Below are positions 8,608-18,627 of a DNA stretch of 62,095 nt, one piece after another. The notes under the pieces were generated by a model. It was not told the origin of the DNA. It saw nothing but the letters and a program-made list of their open reading frames with translations, and ran no database searches. Every line of letters starts with the position of its first letter. The stretch's first letter is position 1. A program made the position numbers and the translations under genes. The DNA lies in the NCBI GenBank assembly GCA_009377635.1, contig WHTR01000003.1:1-62095 (forward strand), read 5' to 3'. The DNA is from Chloroflexota bacterium (GTDB lineage: Bacteria > Chloroflexota > UBA6077 > SHYK01).

Positions 8608-9726
8608 ATGGACCTCGATGGTTCGGTGTATTTCATCGACAATGACGTTCAGCAGCGGGCCCTCGCGATCCCCGATTCGATGGACGCGATCGAAGACGCC
8701 TACCGCGCGTGGGACGCTGGCCAGGCGACAATTGGTCCGAAATCGAATATGTATATCCACAACGACGACGATACGCGCTACGGCTTCTCGATCATTCACG
8801 GCGGGGTCAAGGACTTCGGAATTGTCGCCATGCGGATCAAATCAGACTTCCATAATAACGCCTTCGACCGACGGCAGATCCCTGAAGGTCAGTCCGCGCC
8901 GACCTCGGCAAGCAAGGGCGCGGGGCGCCAGGGAAAGTTTTGCGGTCTTGTCTATCTGTTCAGCTCGCGGGATGGCTCACCGCTGGCCATTCTGAATGAC
9001 GGGTATCTTCAGCATGTTCGGGTTGGTGCGTGCGCCGGTGTCGCTGCGAAGTATCTTGCCCGCCAGAATGCTCATACCCTCGGCCTGCTCGGATCCCAAT
9101 GGATGGCCCGGACCCACGCGCCGGCCATGTGCGCCGCACGCCCGATCACGCGCATTCATGTGTACAGCCCGAACCGGGAGAACCGCGAGGCCTTCGCTCG
9201 AGAGATGAGCAGCAAGCTTGGCATTGAGATCCAGGCGGTGGACACGCCCGAGGCGGCGGTTCGCGGCGCTGATATCGTCTCGTGCTGCACGAACTCGTTC
9301 CGGCGGTCGGTGCTCCAGGGCGAGTGGCTCGAGCCCGGCTCGTTCGTCACCAACGTGCTTGCCTCGGAGTTGGACGATACCGCGATGAGTCGGATCGACT
9401 ACACCGTGAAGAACCAACCGTTGCGGGACCTCGCTGCCTACTCATTCGAGGCAGGATCGCCGCCGGAGGGGGTGGAACGGCCCAGCGAGGGAAGCGGCTG
9501 GATGCGTCAGGTGAACGACCGAACGCCGCTTCTGTCCGAAGTAATCGCCGGCAAGGCTCGAAGCCGCACAAACGACGACGAAATTACCTTCTTCAGCAAC
9601 AACGAAGGGACTGGCGTTCAGTTTGCGGCCATGGGGCGGGTCATCCTTTCCCGTCTCCAGAAAGAAGGAGACCCAGGGGTTAAGAGCATCCCCATGGATT
9701 GGTTCCTCCAGGACATTCCGAACTAG
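8608..9726 (+). CDS. Ornithine cyclodeaminase/mu-crystallin family NAD(P)-dependent protein
   Basis: LQHVRVGACAG, LGLLGSQWMARTH, VYSPNRENRE, ADIVSCCTNS, EITFFSNNEGTGVQFAA. Confidence 0.85.
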   Translation: MDLDGSVYFIDNDVQQRALAIPDSMDAIEDAYRAWDAGQATIGPKSNMYIHNDDDTRYGFSIIHGGVKDFGIVAMRIKSDFHNNAFDRRQIPEGQSAPTSASKGAGRQGKFCGLVYLFSSRDGSPLAILNDGYLQHVRVGACAGVAAKYLARQNAHTLGLLGSQWMARTHAPAMCAARPITRIHVYSPNRENREAFAREMSSKLGIEIQAVDTPEAAVRGADIVSCCTNSFRRSVLQGEWLEPGSFVTNVLASELDDTAMSRIDYTVKNQPLRDLAAYSFEAGSPPEGVERPSEGSGWMRQVNDRTPLLSEVIAGKARSRTNDDEITFFSNNEGTGVQFAAMGRVILSRLQKEGDPGVKSIPMDWFLQDIPN

Positions 9727-9864
9727 GCATCAAGCGGACATCACCTTACGCATGGTTCAATCCCTGGGGATCACCTCCCAACTAGGATTGCCCACACTCT
9801 GGGCTACAACGGCCGCACCCCTAGCCCACCTCTACGACACGAAGAGCAGCATAGACGCGCGGGG

Positions 9865-10830
9865 CTATTTCCAATAGCCGAAGGTGACGCCGTGTCCGGT
9901 GCCGGCGAGCGATCGATAGCAGGGCACGTAGTCGATCAGTGTCATGCCCACCGGTTCCATCGCGGCGGTCACGGTCACCCAGTTGAGGATTTCGGGCGTT
10001 CCCCCGGCTCGGTTCAGGCGCTCGACCGAGAGGGAGGAGAGCGTCTCCTCGTCCCGCTCCATCATCGCGTCGATCACGGTGTGGTCCAGCTCCTCGTCGA
10101 TGATTTGATGGCTCAGTCCACCGGAGGCCATGATCCCCACGCGTACGTCGCTGTCCCAGGACTCGATTGCCCGACCCAGTGCTCGACCTACGGCGTAACA
10201 GCGGCGGGGGGTTGCCTGATTGGGGCGATAGCGGCTGAGCATAAAGGGAACCATGGGGAGGTTTCCGTCTGCTGTGAACCGCTCGTAGAGCAGCGTGAAT
10301 GCCTCGTCCAGGCCGGTGCCGGAGCGGAGCGCGTCCGTGCAGCCGACGTCAACATTCTGGGCGATCAATGCGTTGATGAGGTGGTTCGCGAGCTCCGGGG
10401 CTGCCGGTCGTTCCAGGAGCTCTCGTTTCGGACGGTCATCCACTCCCGCCTGAAAGATGAGGTCTGGATCCCGTTGCGGCCCGTGGGGATCGGACACCAC
10501 AAGCGGATCCCCGCGGAAGATAGCAAATACCGGCTGGTTGTCGTCCGCCCAGGTGCGATGCGGGTTGCTCACAATCACGATGACGTCCAGATGTGCCTCG
10601 GAAATGACGCGCGCCACCGCCTCTAATCCCGCCTGATTCGCAGCGTGCCGCTCCCGCTGTCTTTCGATCGCGATCTCCGTATCGAGGCCGGGCCGCGCGT
10701 CTCGCAGCAGTCCCTGGTAGTCGAACCGAGGATCCCGGGTGTCCTTGACCCCAAGCCGAACCCAATCCTCAGGCGGAGTCTGGATTGTGGGGCCATGCGA
10801 ACTGCCGATGCCCAGCACCAGATTGGCCAT
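9865..10830 (-). CDS. LigB-superfamily extradiol dioxygenase, second DesZ-like paralog
   Basis: GSSHGP, ATPRRCY, ASGGLSH, GTPEILNW, DYVPCYRS. Confidence 0.85.
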   Translation of the reverse strand: MANLVLGIGSSHGPTIQTPPEDWVRLGVKDTRDPRFDYQGLLRDARPGLDTEIAIERQRERHAANQAGLEAVARVISEAHLDVIVIVSNPHRTWADDNQPVFAIFRGDPLVVSDPHGPQRDPDLIFQAGVDDRPKRELLERPAAPELANHLINALIAQNVDVGCTDALRSGTGLDEAFTLLYERFTADGNLPMVPFMLSRYRPNQATPRRCYAVGRALGRAIESWDSDVRVGIMASGGLSHQIIDEELDHTVIDAMMERDEETLSSLSVERLNRAGGTPEILNWVTVTAAMEPVGMTLIDYVPCYRSLAGTGHGVTFGYWK

Positions 10831-10894
10831 CTCTCTCCCCTTCGCTTGTCTGTTTGATCTTATGGTATCCGAACGACGTCGCCGTTACCGGGCA

Positions 10895-11065
10895 CCAGGC
10901 CGGAGCTCAGACGCACAGATTACTCTGCACGACAACAATACTGGGATGGGAATCCAGTTCGCGGCGCTCGGCTCGCTCATTCTCCGGCTTGCGCGCGAGC
11001 AGGAGATCGGGACGACGTTGCCCGACGAGTTGTTCATGACTCGCGGCGGCGAGTACGCGCCGTAG
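10895..11065 (+). pseudogene. C-terminal remnant of an OCD/mu-crystallin family gene
   Basis: PGRSSDAQITLHDNNTGMGIQFAALGSLI aligns with the C-terminus of 8608-9726. Confidence 0.65.
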
Positions 11066-11703
11066 GGTCGGCGTCAGGCAGCACCAACTTGAGGTCCAGT
11101 TAGATAAGGACCGAGGGGTGAAGTGCGAACCGTGAATACCCCAAATCGGTCACCGGGCAGTGGTTTGGCTGTCCGATTCCGCCATGAGCTGGGCCCAATA
11201 GGCATAGCCCAACTTCCACGCGCCTAAGGGTCACATGATTGCTTATGACCGCCGACCGTTGCGTTGTGCCGATTCGCATTCCGGTATTGCACATTCACGA
11301 GAAAATAGTGACGGAAAATCAGGCTCGACTTTGAGGGCCGGCCGGAGCCATCATGGGGGTATGCACTTCCGTTGCCTCCAGGCAGGCTTCACTACGGACC
11401 TCCGAGGGCGAAAGGCGAATTTGTAGTGACGAACACCCAAAATTCGTGCCTAATAATGTGTCATGTGCGGAAGTTGGGATAGAAGCGCCGCTGGTTGTGC
11501 TCCGAGAAACCAGGGCCCACGACCCCCGGGAGGCCCTTGACGTCCCATTCCTCCTGGCCGGGCCACTCACCGTCATAGTGGAGAGCCATCGCATAGCGGT
11601 ACGCTCGGCCGGGCCAGCATCCGGGGCCACCGGGGCGACGGCCAGGCGGGAAGCGCGGTGACCACGTAACCAGTGGGAGCTCGAGGAAGCGGGGGTGACG
11701 CAG

Positions 11704-11835
11704 ATGGCGATCGCCAGCCGAGAATCAGACAGCGAACCAGGGCTGGAATTGGACCATCTGATCCAGGAAGGCCGCGTACACCGGCGGGTGTACACCGACC
11801 CGGCGATCTTTGACCTGGAGATGCACCGGACTTGA
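11704..11835 (+). pseudogene. N-terminal stub of an aromatic ring-hydroxylating dioxygenase alpha subunit
   Basis: MAIASRESDSEPGLELDHLIQEGRVHRRVYTDPAIFDLEMHRT*: the typical alpha-subunit start, stopping 13 nt before the beta subunit. Confidence 0.75.
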
Positions 11836-11848
11836 GAGCGGACGGGAC

Positions 11849-12346
11849 ATGATTGAGACACAGGGGCTCACCCGAGCCGAAGCGGAGGACTTCCTCTATC
11901 GTGAAGCCCGACTCCTCGATGATCGGCGACTCGACGACTGGCTCGGGCTGTTTACCGACGACGCGCACTACTGGATCCCGACCGGGGTGGGGATCGATCC
12001 GAACGAGGAAACACAGCTCGTCTACGACGACCGGGCGCAGCTAGAGGATCGCGTCTGGCAGGCCCAGCAGCCGCGGCGGCACGCCCAATCCCCGCCCTCT
12101 GCGACCGCTCACCTCATATCGAATGTCATGGTGGAGCCAGCAACAGATGGTGAGCTGAGCGTGTGCTCCAGCTTCGTCGTCTACGAGGTGCGCAAGACGC
12201 AGAGCGTCAATGACGAGCAGCGGTCATTCGCCGGACGATATGAGCATCGGCTGCGGCGCGTCGATGGCCATTTGCGCATCGTGCTCAAGAAGATCTGGCT
12301 GATCAATCGAGACCTTCCCATCTATAATCTCACGTTTCTGGTGTAG
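11849..12346 (+). CDS. Aromatic ring-hydroxylating dioxygenase beta subunit
   Basis: FLYREARLLDDRRLDDWLGLFTDDAHYWIP, HLISNV, FAGRYEHRL. Confidence 0.88.
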   Translation: MIETQGLTRAEAEDFLYREARLLDDRRLDDWLGLFTDDAHYWIPTGVGIDPNEETQLVYDDRAQLEDRVWQAQQPRRHAQSPPSATAHLISNVMVEPATDGELSVCSSFVVYEVRKTQSVNDEQRSFAGRYEHRLRRVDGHLRIVLKKIWLINRDLPIYNLTFLV

Positions 12347-12351
12347 TGGCG

Positions 12352-12522
12352 ATGGAGCAAGCCATGGAACTGCGGAACGAGTTCGCCGGCGTCCGGGTGG
12401 AGCTGGACCATGAGGCGAACAGCGCCCGGCTCAAAATCATCGACCTCGAGACGGGGCTGACGACATTTCTCGACCCGTTCGCTCTCCAGGCCTTGACGCG
12501 GCTCTCGCCTGAGAGTTTGTGA
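12352..12522 (+). CDS. 56-aa protein resembling small ORFs of actinobacterial ring-hydroxylating dioxygenase clusters
   Basis: MEQAMELRNEFAGVRVELDHEANSARLKIIDLETGLTTFLDPFALQALTRLSPESL; starts 5 nt after the beta-subunit stop; below the ORF-track cutoff. Confidence 0.5.
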   Translation: MEQAMELRNEFAGVRVELDHEANSARLKIIDLETGLTTFLDPFALQALTRLSPESL

Positions 12523-12648
12523 ATCTATCGAATCTGACTTATCATAGCTTGTCGTTAGTATCAACTCGGCCGCGTGAGAATTGTCACGAAATCGATTTGT
12601 TCACAGACTCTCAGAATGACACGTTGCGGCCGCGCCCCTCGGGCCGGC

Positions 12649-13851
12649 TTACTTGCGAACAGCGAGCCGGTCCAATACACGGTCGACGTTGTCCAGTGGG
12701 TCGATCCCCCAGCGCTCCGCGACCGCCGCGTGTTGCTCTCGCTCCCAGGTCGTCTCGCCTTCGAGGCGCGCTGGTATCGGCTTGCCGAGCCGCGCCGCCT
12801 CCGCAATAGCGATGCCCAGTTCCTGCGAACGGCGCGCCTGCGCAATGGTCCAATCCGGAGCCCCTCCCGCCGTCACCGCCCGATGCAGGTTGCGGAGCTC
12901 GATGGCGCGAGCGATGCCGTCCGCGACGCCCACCGACCCGCCGTCTGCCAGAACCCGGTCAGCGAACGGATTGATCCACTGCGGCTCCGGGCTGGATCCA
13001 TATGAATACTTCGTCGGGATGTCGCCGTCGGCTGCAGGCCGTGACTCGACCTGCAGCGGGTAGTCGACAACTTGTCCCTTCTCGCCACACCGCAACCGAT
13101 CGGATGTCCCCTCACTGGTGACGATGTAGCCACTGGTGCCTTCGGCGGTCACGATCCGCGGCCGGCCCCACCGTAACGGGGTGACCCAGGTCGTCACATA
13201 GCTGAGCGAGGCGGTAATGCCGCTCTCGAACGTCAGCGTGGCATCGATCCAGGATTCCGGCCAGCCTTCGCGGACGGGACCGTTCGGCACCCGGTGGCCG
13301 GCGGCCCGGATCTCCGTGACATCACATCCCGCATAGGCTCGGAAAAGACTCATCGTGTGGTAACAGCTCTCTTCGTTTGCAGGCGCGTTATACGCAGAAA
13401 GATGGACGAGGTCCCCAATGAGACCGGCTCGGAGCGCGGCCGCGTTGAGCTGCTCCGCGGGACGGCGGCCGTAGTTTTCCGCCACCTCGACAAACACGCC
13501 GGCTGCTGCGGTCTCGTCCGCGATGGCATCCATCATCGGCCGGGTGAGCCCAAGCGTTGTCTCGATCAGCATGGGCACGCCGGCGCGGGCCGCGACGGTT
13601 GCGATCAGATGGTGGATCTCCGGCGGCGTGACGATGAGGATAGCGTCGAGCCGCGCCTTCGCGACGCACTCACGGGCGTCCGTGTACGGGTCGCACGCGA
13701 GCTGACCGGCGACCCGCTGGGCGACGTTGGGATTCGCGTCGCAGACAGCGACCACCTCGAAGTGATCCATCAGCCCGCGGAGCGTGGCGAAATGTTGCTG
13801 CGCCCGTCGGCCCGCGCCCACGACGCCGAGGCGGATCTGCGGCTCGGCCAT
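12649..13851 (-). CDS. Gfo/Idh/MocA family oxidoreductase
   Basis: IRLGVVGAGRRAQQH, VVAVCD, VAENY. Confidence 0.8.
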   Translation of the reverse strand: MAEPQIRLGVVGAGRRAQQHFATLRGLMDHFEVVAVCDANPNVAQRVAGQLACDPYTDARECVAKARLDAILIVTPPEIHHLIATVAARAGVPMLIETTLGLTRPMMDAIADETAAAGVFVEVAENYGRRPAEQLNAAALRAGLIGDLVHLSAYNAPANEESCYHTMSLFRAYAGCDVTEIRAAGHRVPNGPVREGWPESWIDATLTFESGITASLSYVTTWVTPLRWGRPRIVTAEGTSGYIVTSEGTSDRLRCGEKGQVVDYPLQVESRPAADGDIPTKYSYGSSPEPQWINPFADRVLADGGSVGVADGIARAIELRNLHRAVTAGGAPDWTIAQARRSQELGIAIAEAARLGKPIPARLEGETTWEREQHAAVAERWGIDPLDNVDRVLDRLAVRK

Positions 13852-14140
13852 GCGGTTCGACCTCGCCGGCAGCGTTTCTTAGATCGGTATCCACGACCCA
13901 CGCGATGCCGGCTCTGCTGGCAACCGCCTCAGTTTAGAGAAGCGTGGCACTGGCGTCAATGCACAGGTGCGATCTCGCTCTCCCGTAGTACTGCCCGTCC
14001 GTATGATGCCCGATCGGTGATAGAATCGCGCAGACGCGCATGGTGAGCCACTCGAGGACCACGGCCTCACGTGGGAGAAGCCCGTGTATCGCTGAGACGA
14101 TCGGATCAGCGGATGGTCCCTGCGAGTACGTGCCCGATCA

Positions 14141-15862
14141 TCAGCGAATCCATTCCCAGGTGTGGACATCCAGGATCCCATTCGCCGATTCCGGCGTCGT
14201 CCGCAATTTCGGGCCTTTCAGTGTGGCTGCCCGCGCATTGACAACCACGGTGAACATGTTCGGAATCACCGCCGTGTCGTCGTACAGCAAGCGTTCCATC
14301 TCCGCGGTGGAGCGCTCCCGATCGCGCGGCTCGAGCGCCGTGTCGAAGGTCTGCCAGAGGCGGTCGTACTCGGGATTCGACCATCCACCCCGGTTGTTGC
14401 CGGCCCACCGATTCTCCGGACGTGGCACCTCGGCCGAGATGAAGAACCCGAGCGCCTTGGCGCCGATGGCGCCATTTGACAGACCGGGGCGAAGTGACCG
14501 GGCCTGCAGATCGCGAAGCTGCACGATGGGAATGACGTAGGAGAACGCATCGACGCCTGCCTGACGGAGACTGTCGACATAGATCGAATTCTCTCGCTCG
14601 GGCGAGGGTCCACCGTCGGTGGCATATTCCACGCGGAACGGTTCTCCGCCCGGCCCCACGAAGAACCCTTGCGGACCCTTCGAAAAGCCAGCCTCCTCGA
14701 AGAGCTGTTGCACCATGCGCGGGTCATACCGCCGACTCGGGATGGCAGCCTCGACGGCCTTGAACATCGGAGACCGCGGCGACGTGACCGTGTACGTCGC
14801 CAGACCGCGCCCGCCGGTTGTCACGTCGACGGCCGCCTGGTTGTCGATTCCATACGCAAGTGCACGTCTGATCCTTGGGTCCGCGAGGGCGCGCGGGCTT
14901 GCCGCGTCCGCACGGTGTTGGATTGCCGTCAACCGCAAGAGTGCTGGGGCATAGTCGACCACACCCTCGACCTCCCGAGCCTGCCATTCCTGCTCGAGCG
15001 TGGCGCCCTCTTCATGGAAGAACACGTAGTCGGCGGCGAAATGAGCGTCGCCGCTCAGCATGAGCGCCAGCGCCGTATTCGGGTCCGGCGTAAACAGGAT
15101 GCGGACCTGCTCGATCTTGGGCTTGCCGAGCGCATGCCCCACAAAAGCGACCGCGTCGATCTCAGATCCAGGTACCCATTCCGTAACGCGGTACGCCCCG
15201 AGTCCCACGTAATCCCGGGTCCAGAAGGGCAGGTTAATGAAGGATTCCGCATCGAGGCGCTGCAGCGGATCTCTCAAAATGTGCGCGGGAAGCGCCTGGA
15301 AGCCCATATCCATGCCAGCAGCATCCGGATACAGGCGGCGCCACGTGATCGTGACCGTGCCTGGGTCCGGGGCGAGCACCTCGGCCATCTGGCCAACTGG
15401 CGCAGAGGTTGATGCGCCGAGCTCCGCCGTCGAATACACGGTCCAGCCAAAGACGAAATCGTCGGCGGTCAGCGGAGTGCCATCGTGCCAGGTCAAGCCG
15501 GGCCTGAGGCGGTAGGTCGTTTGCATTGTCCCGTCGGGAAAGACCTGCCAGCTACTGGTGTTGAGCTCCGGCAGCGCCTCGGCCAGATAAGGGTGGATGG
15601 CTTCACGCTCGTCCTTATAGTCGAGCATGGCGTTGAACATCCGAACCGGGCCCAACAACGAGCCCGAGAAGGCCTGGAGCGGCTTGGCGGCGATACTGGG
15701 CGGCTCGCCCCGCGCCAGGATCACGAGGGTCCGCTGGATAGGAGCTTGCCCTTGGGAGATGGCCGGTGTATCCCCTGATTGGCCGGGAGCAGTCGCAGGC
15801 ACGCACGCCCCAAGGACGAGGATCGTAAGCAGCCATGTGCCGAGGTAGTGCAGATGCTTCAC
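14141..15862 (-). CDS. Family-5 ABC substrate-binding lipoprotein
   Basis: Lipobox LVLGAC; PDGTMQTTYRLRPGLTWHDGTPLTADDFVF; RIRRALAYGID. Confidence 0.9.
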   Translation of the reverse strand: MKHLHYLGTWLLTILVLGACVPATAPGQSGDTPAISQGQAPIQRTLVILARGEPPSIAAKPLQAFSGSLLGPVRMFNAMLDYKDEREAIHPYLAEALPELNTSSWQVFPDGTMQTTYRLRPGLTWHDGTPLTADDFVFGWTVYSTAELGASTSAPVGQMAEVLAPDPGTVTITWRRLYPDAAGMDMGFQALPAHILRDPLQRLDAESFINLPFWTRDYVGLGAYRVTEWVPGSEIDAVAFVGHALGKPKIEQVRILFTPDPNTALALMLSGDAHFAADYVFFHEEGATLEQEWQAREVEGVVDYAPALLRLTAIQHRADAASPRALADPRIRRALAYGIDNQAAVDVTTGGRGLATYTVTSPRSPMFKAVEAAIPSRRYDPRMVQQLFEEAGFSKGPQGFFVGPGGEPFRVEYATDGGPSPERENSIYVDSLRQAGVDAFSYVIPIVQLRDLQARSLRPGLSNGAIGAKALGFFISAEVPRPENRWAGNNRGGWSNPEYDRLWQTFDTALEPRDRERSTAEMERLLYDDTAVIPNMFTVVVNARAATLKGPKLRTTPESANGILDVHTWEWIR

Positions 15863-15865
15863 TAT

Positions 15866-17248
15866 TTATAAGACCGATGCGGTCGCCGGGTCGCCAACTT
15901 TCCAGGGGCGCGAGTGCGAGCGCAAGATCGCCTCGACTTCCTGGAGCGCCGGATCCAGCTCCGTGTGCGGTGAGACGACCTCGATCGCGACGGTCGAGAA
16001 ATGCTCCGGGTGCCGCGTGTTCTTTGGCTCGATCCCCCGCTGCAAGTCGCGCGCGGCATCGATCAGGATCTGGCGCATCTTAATGAGGGGCGCATCGGTC
16101 GATCCAAGGCGCTCCAGATAACGTTCGGCGATCGGCCCGTCTCCCTGGCGCTCGACCATGACCGTATCCTGCGTCCGCTGGGAAGGAACACCGCTCATGT
16201 TTCTGGTTCGTTGGAACTCACGATCCTGAAGGTAGTCGTTCTGGAGATTGAGCTGATCCCGCCACGTGTCGATCGCGTACCCGCCGGGGAGGTGGTACGC
16301 GGCGCGTTCGAGTGTGGGGGTGTATTTCTTCTCATCCGGCGCATTTGGGCCGAGCCGCCGAAGCTCATCGTCGGTCAACGGTCGCTCGGGATGGGACACG
16401 TACTGGAACACCGTAACGTGTTCATCGTCGATCGGAACGAAGCAGCGCCCCCCCACCGGGTACGAGCTCGCAGAGATCAAACTGAAGATGGGAATCATCC
16501 AGCGATCGATCCGCCAGCGCCGCAGCCCCTCTGCCTCGTGTGAGTGGGAAGAGCGAATCATACCGAAGTCCGTTTGCCGAGGCGTGATCTGCACGGAATT
16601 GAAGACGAAATTCGGCCTTCCTCCGCCGGCGTGACCGCCCCGGGCGCCGCCAGGTCCGCTGGGCTGCATCTGGCGGCCGTCGAACCACTGGTGGAGGAAG
16701 AAGGCGTGGGTGGAGTCCATCTCGCCCTCCATCCCCTGAAAATAATTGCACTCCTGAATCCATCGTGAGACCGAGCGGTGGCTCGGCGGCACCTGGCACC
16801 ACTCGAAGAGCGGAAGCTCGGGCATGAGGCCCAGCGGCCCCATGTAGGTCCAGATCACCCCGCCCCATTCCCGCGTTGGGTACGACTTGATGCGAACCTT
16901 GTCCTTGAACGTGGATTCCGGTGGCTCGGACGGCATGTCCACGCAGTTGCCGGCAACGTCGAATTTCCAACCATGATAGAGACAGCGGAGGCCGGACTCC
17001 TCGTTCCGCCCAAAGTACAGTCGTGAGCGCCGGTGGGGGCAGTACGCATCCACCACGCCGACCTGTCCTTCGCTATCGCGAAAAGCGACCAGATCTTCGC
17101 CGAGGAGCTTGATCCGCAGCGGAGCGCAGTCCGGATGTGACAGTTCATCCGAGATCAGCGCCGGCATCCAGAATCGTCGGAACAGTTCCCCCATTGGGGT
17201 GCCGGGACCAGTATGGGTGAGGAGCTCGTTGTCTTCTTTTGTTAGCAT
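15866..17248 (-). CDS. Rieske non-heme iron oxygenase alpha subunit, phthalate 4,5-dioxygenase/LigXa-like
   Basis: MLTKEDNELLTHTGPGTPMGELFRRFW; CPH...CLYH Rieske ligands; EGEMDSTHAFFLH; QDTVMVE. Confidence 0.92.
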   Translation of the reverse strand: MLTKEDNELLTHTGPGTPMGELFRRFWMPALISDELSHPDCAPLRIKLLGEDLVAFRDSEGQVGVVDAYCPHRRSRLYFGRNEESGLRCLYHGWKFDVAGNCVDMPSEPPESTFKDKVRIKSYPTREWGGVIWTYMGPLGLMPELPLFEWCQVPPSHRSVSRWIQECNYFQGMEGEMDSTHAFFLHQWFDGRQMQPSGPGGARGGHAGGGRPNFVFNSVQITPRQTDFGMIRSSHSHEAEGLRRWRIDRWMIPIFSLISASSYPVGGRCFVPIDDEHVTVFQYVSHPERPLTDDELRRLGPNAPDEKKYTPTLERAAYHLPGGYAIDTWRDQLNLQNDYLQDREFQRTRNMSGVPSQRTQDTVMVERQGDGPIAERYLERLGSTDAPLIKMRQILIDAARDLQRGIEPKNTRHPEHFSTVAIEVVSPHTELDPALQEVEAILRSHSRPWKVGDPATASVL

Positions 17249-17281
17249 GGTTAGCCCCCCTTTGAATGCCAATCCTTCGGA

Positions 17282-17590
17282 TCAGGAATGGATATCCTGC
17301 TGGAACCATTCCAGCGGCAGCTCCTTGCCCAACCCGCGCTCCTCGGCCAGATCGTGGACCAGCTTGGCGACCGCGGCGACCCGAATGTCGTAGACGCCCT
17401 TGCTCGCCAGGATGCCCTCATGGGTATTGGCGACGAACCGGCCCCGTGCCGTAGGCATGGACGTGAAGGTACGCGGCCGGTTCGCCGTGAGCCCCTTGTC
17501 GAGGTCCAGGTAGGCTTCATCCAGGACCCGCATGACGTTCTCGACGGTAAGAACCTGCGCGACCTCGTCGTTGTTGATCACCAGCACCAT
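17282..17590 (-). pseudogene. OCD/mu-crystallin gene with an in-frame internal deletion (N- and C-termini fused)
   Basis: MVLVINNDEVAQVLT...GVYDIRV joined to AAVAKLVHDLAEERGLGKELPLEWFQQDIHS; NAD-binding domain missing. Confidence 0.7.
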
Positions 17591-17611
17591 GGACCTACTC
17601 CTTGTCCCACT

Positions 17612-18577
17612 TTAGGTGTCTGGAAGGAGGAACAGGTCTTCCGGCTGAACGAGCTTGCGCAGGATGCCTTGCTCGTAGCAGTAGGCGATCATCGTCTCGA
17701 TCGCCTTGCGGTTGGCCTGGAAGCCGTAGTCGGTCAGCCGGAGTCCCGTGTCCTGCTGGAGACGGCGCAGGCTGAGCCCCATGTGCTCGTCTTCCTTGCC
17801 CTGCGCGATCTCGGCATCGTACAGCGCCTTGGCCTTGAAGAAGGCGTCCATCATCTTGCGCGGCATTTCCGGATTCCGCCTCACTGCGTCGCGGTGAACC
17901 GTGATGACCGTGTTGATCGGGAAGAAGCCATTGGCTTCGACGTACGACCGGATCTCTGGGTACATGTCGGCAAAGAGCGGCCTGGCGCCGGCGAGATCGC
18001 CGCCGGTGCCGCCGCCCGCCATCGTTGCCGCGTCTACCTTCCCGTTGGCCAGCAGCACCGCCTGTCGCGTCTCCTCCCCCTCCGCACGCTCGATCATGTA
18101 GCGCCGCGGGGGGCGAAACTCCTGCAGATGCTCGTCTACGCTCTCGACCCAGGTGATTTTCTGCGTCGGGACGTCGTACTGGTGGGTCAGCACGCCCCGG
18201 CACCACACCGAGTAGTTGGTCCCCCAGCTTGCACAGCCAACCCGTTTCCCGACCAGGTCTTGCGAGCGCGTGATCCCCGAACGCTCGTTCACGAAGATGC
18301 CCGCATGCGGGAAGAACCGGCTCGGGAAGACGGGAAGGGCGATCTGGGGCTTGCCCAGATCGTAGGCCATGAGATAGGTACTGAAGCCTTGCTCGCCGAT
18401 GTCCCACGGGTGTTCGCGGGCGAGTCGCGAGAAGATCGGCGCCGGCGCCCCCGACGTGACCGGCGGGTACGCGACTTCGATCCCCTCGGGCTTCACGTCA
18501 CCGTTGATGAGCTTCCAGAAATCGTACCGGTGCCCGATGGCAACCGTGAACGTGCGCGTGGCTTCTTGCTGCGCCAT
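17612..18577 (-). CDS. 4,5-dihydroxyphthalate decarboxylase (Pht5)-like, periplasmic-binding-protein fold
   Basis: LINGDVKPEGIE, WDIGEQGFSTY, ALPVFPSRFFPH, DLVGKRVG, SVWCRGVL; no signal peptide. Confidence 0.75.
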   Translation of the reverse strand: MAQQEATRTFTVAIGHRYDFWKLINGDVKPEGIEVAYPPVTSGAPAPIFSRLAREHPWDIGEQGFSTYLMAYDLGKPQIALPVFPSRFFPHAGIFVNERSGITRSQDLVGKRVGCASWGTNYSVWCRGVLTHQYDVPTQKITWVESVDEHLQEFRPPRRYMIERAEGEETRQAVLLANGKVDAATMAGGGTGGDLAGARPLFADMYPEIRSYVEANGFFPINTVITVHRDAVRRNPEMPRKMMDAFFKAKALYDAEIAQGKEDEHMGLSLRRLQQDTGLRLTDYGFQANRKAIETMIAYCYEQGILRKLVQPEDLFLLPDT

Positions 18578-18627
18578 ACATCACCTCGCTCGTGTGCATT
18601 GCCGATGCACGAGGACGATCACGCGCT

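Noticed and set aside
11070-11700. AT-richer intergenic stretch as an IS end or ncRNA
   Set aside because: No terminal repeats, recognisable RNA motif or credible ORF found by eye
12582-12621. Fourth copy of the palindromic element
   Set aside because: Only TGTCA and TCAGAATGACA ends match; the interior is unrelated
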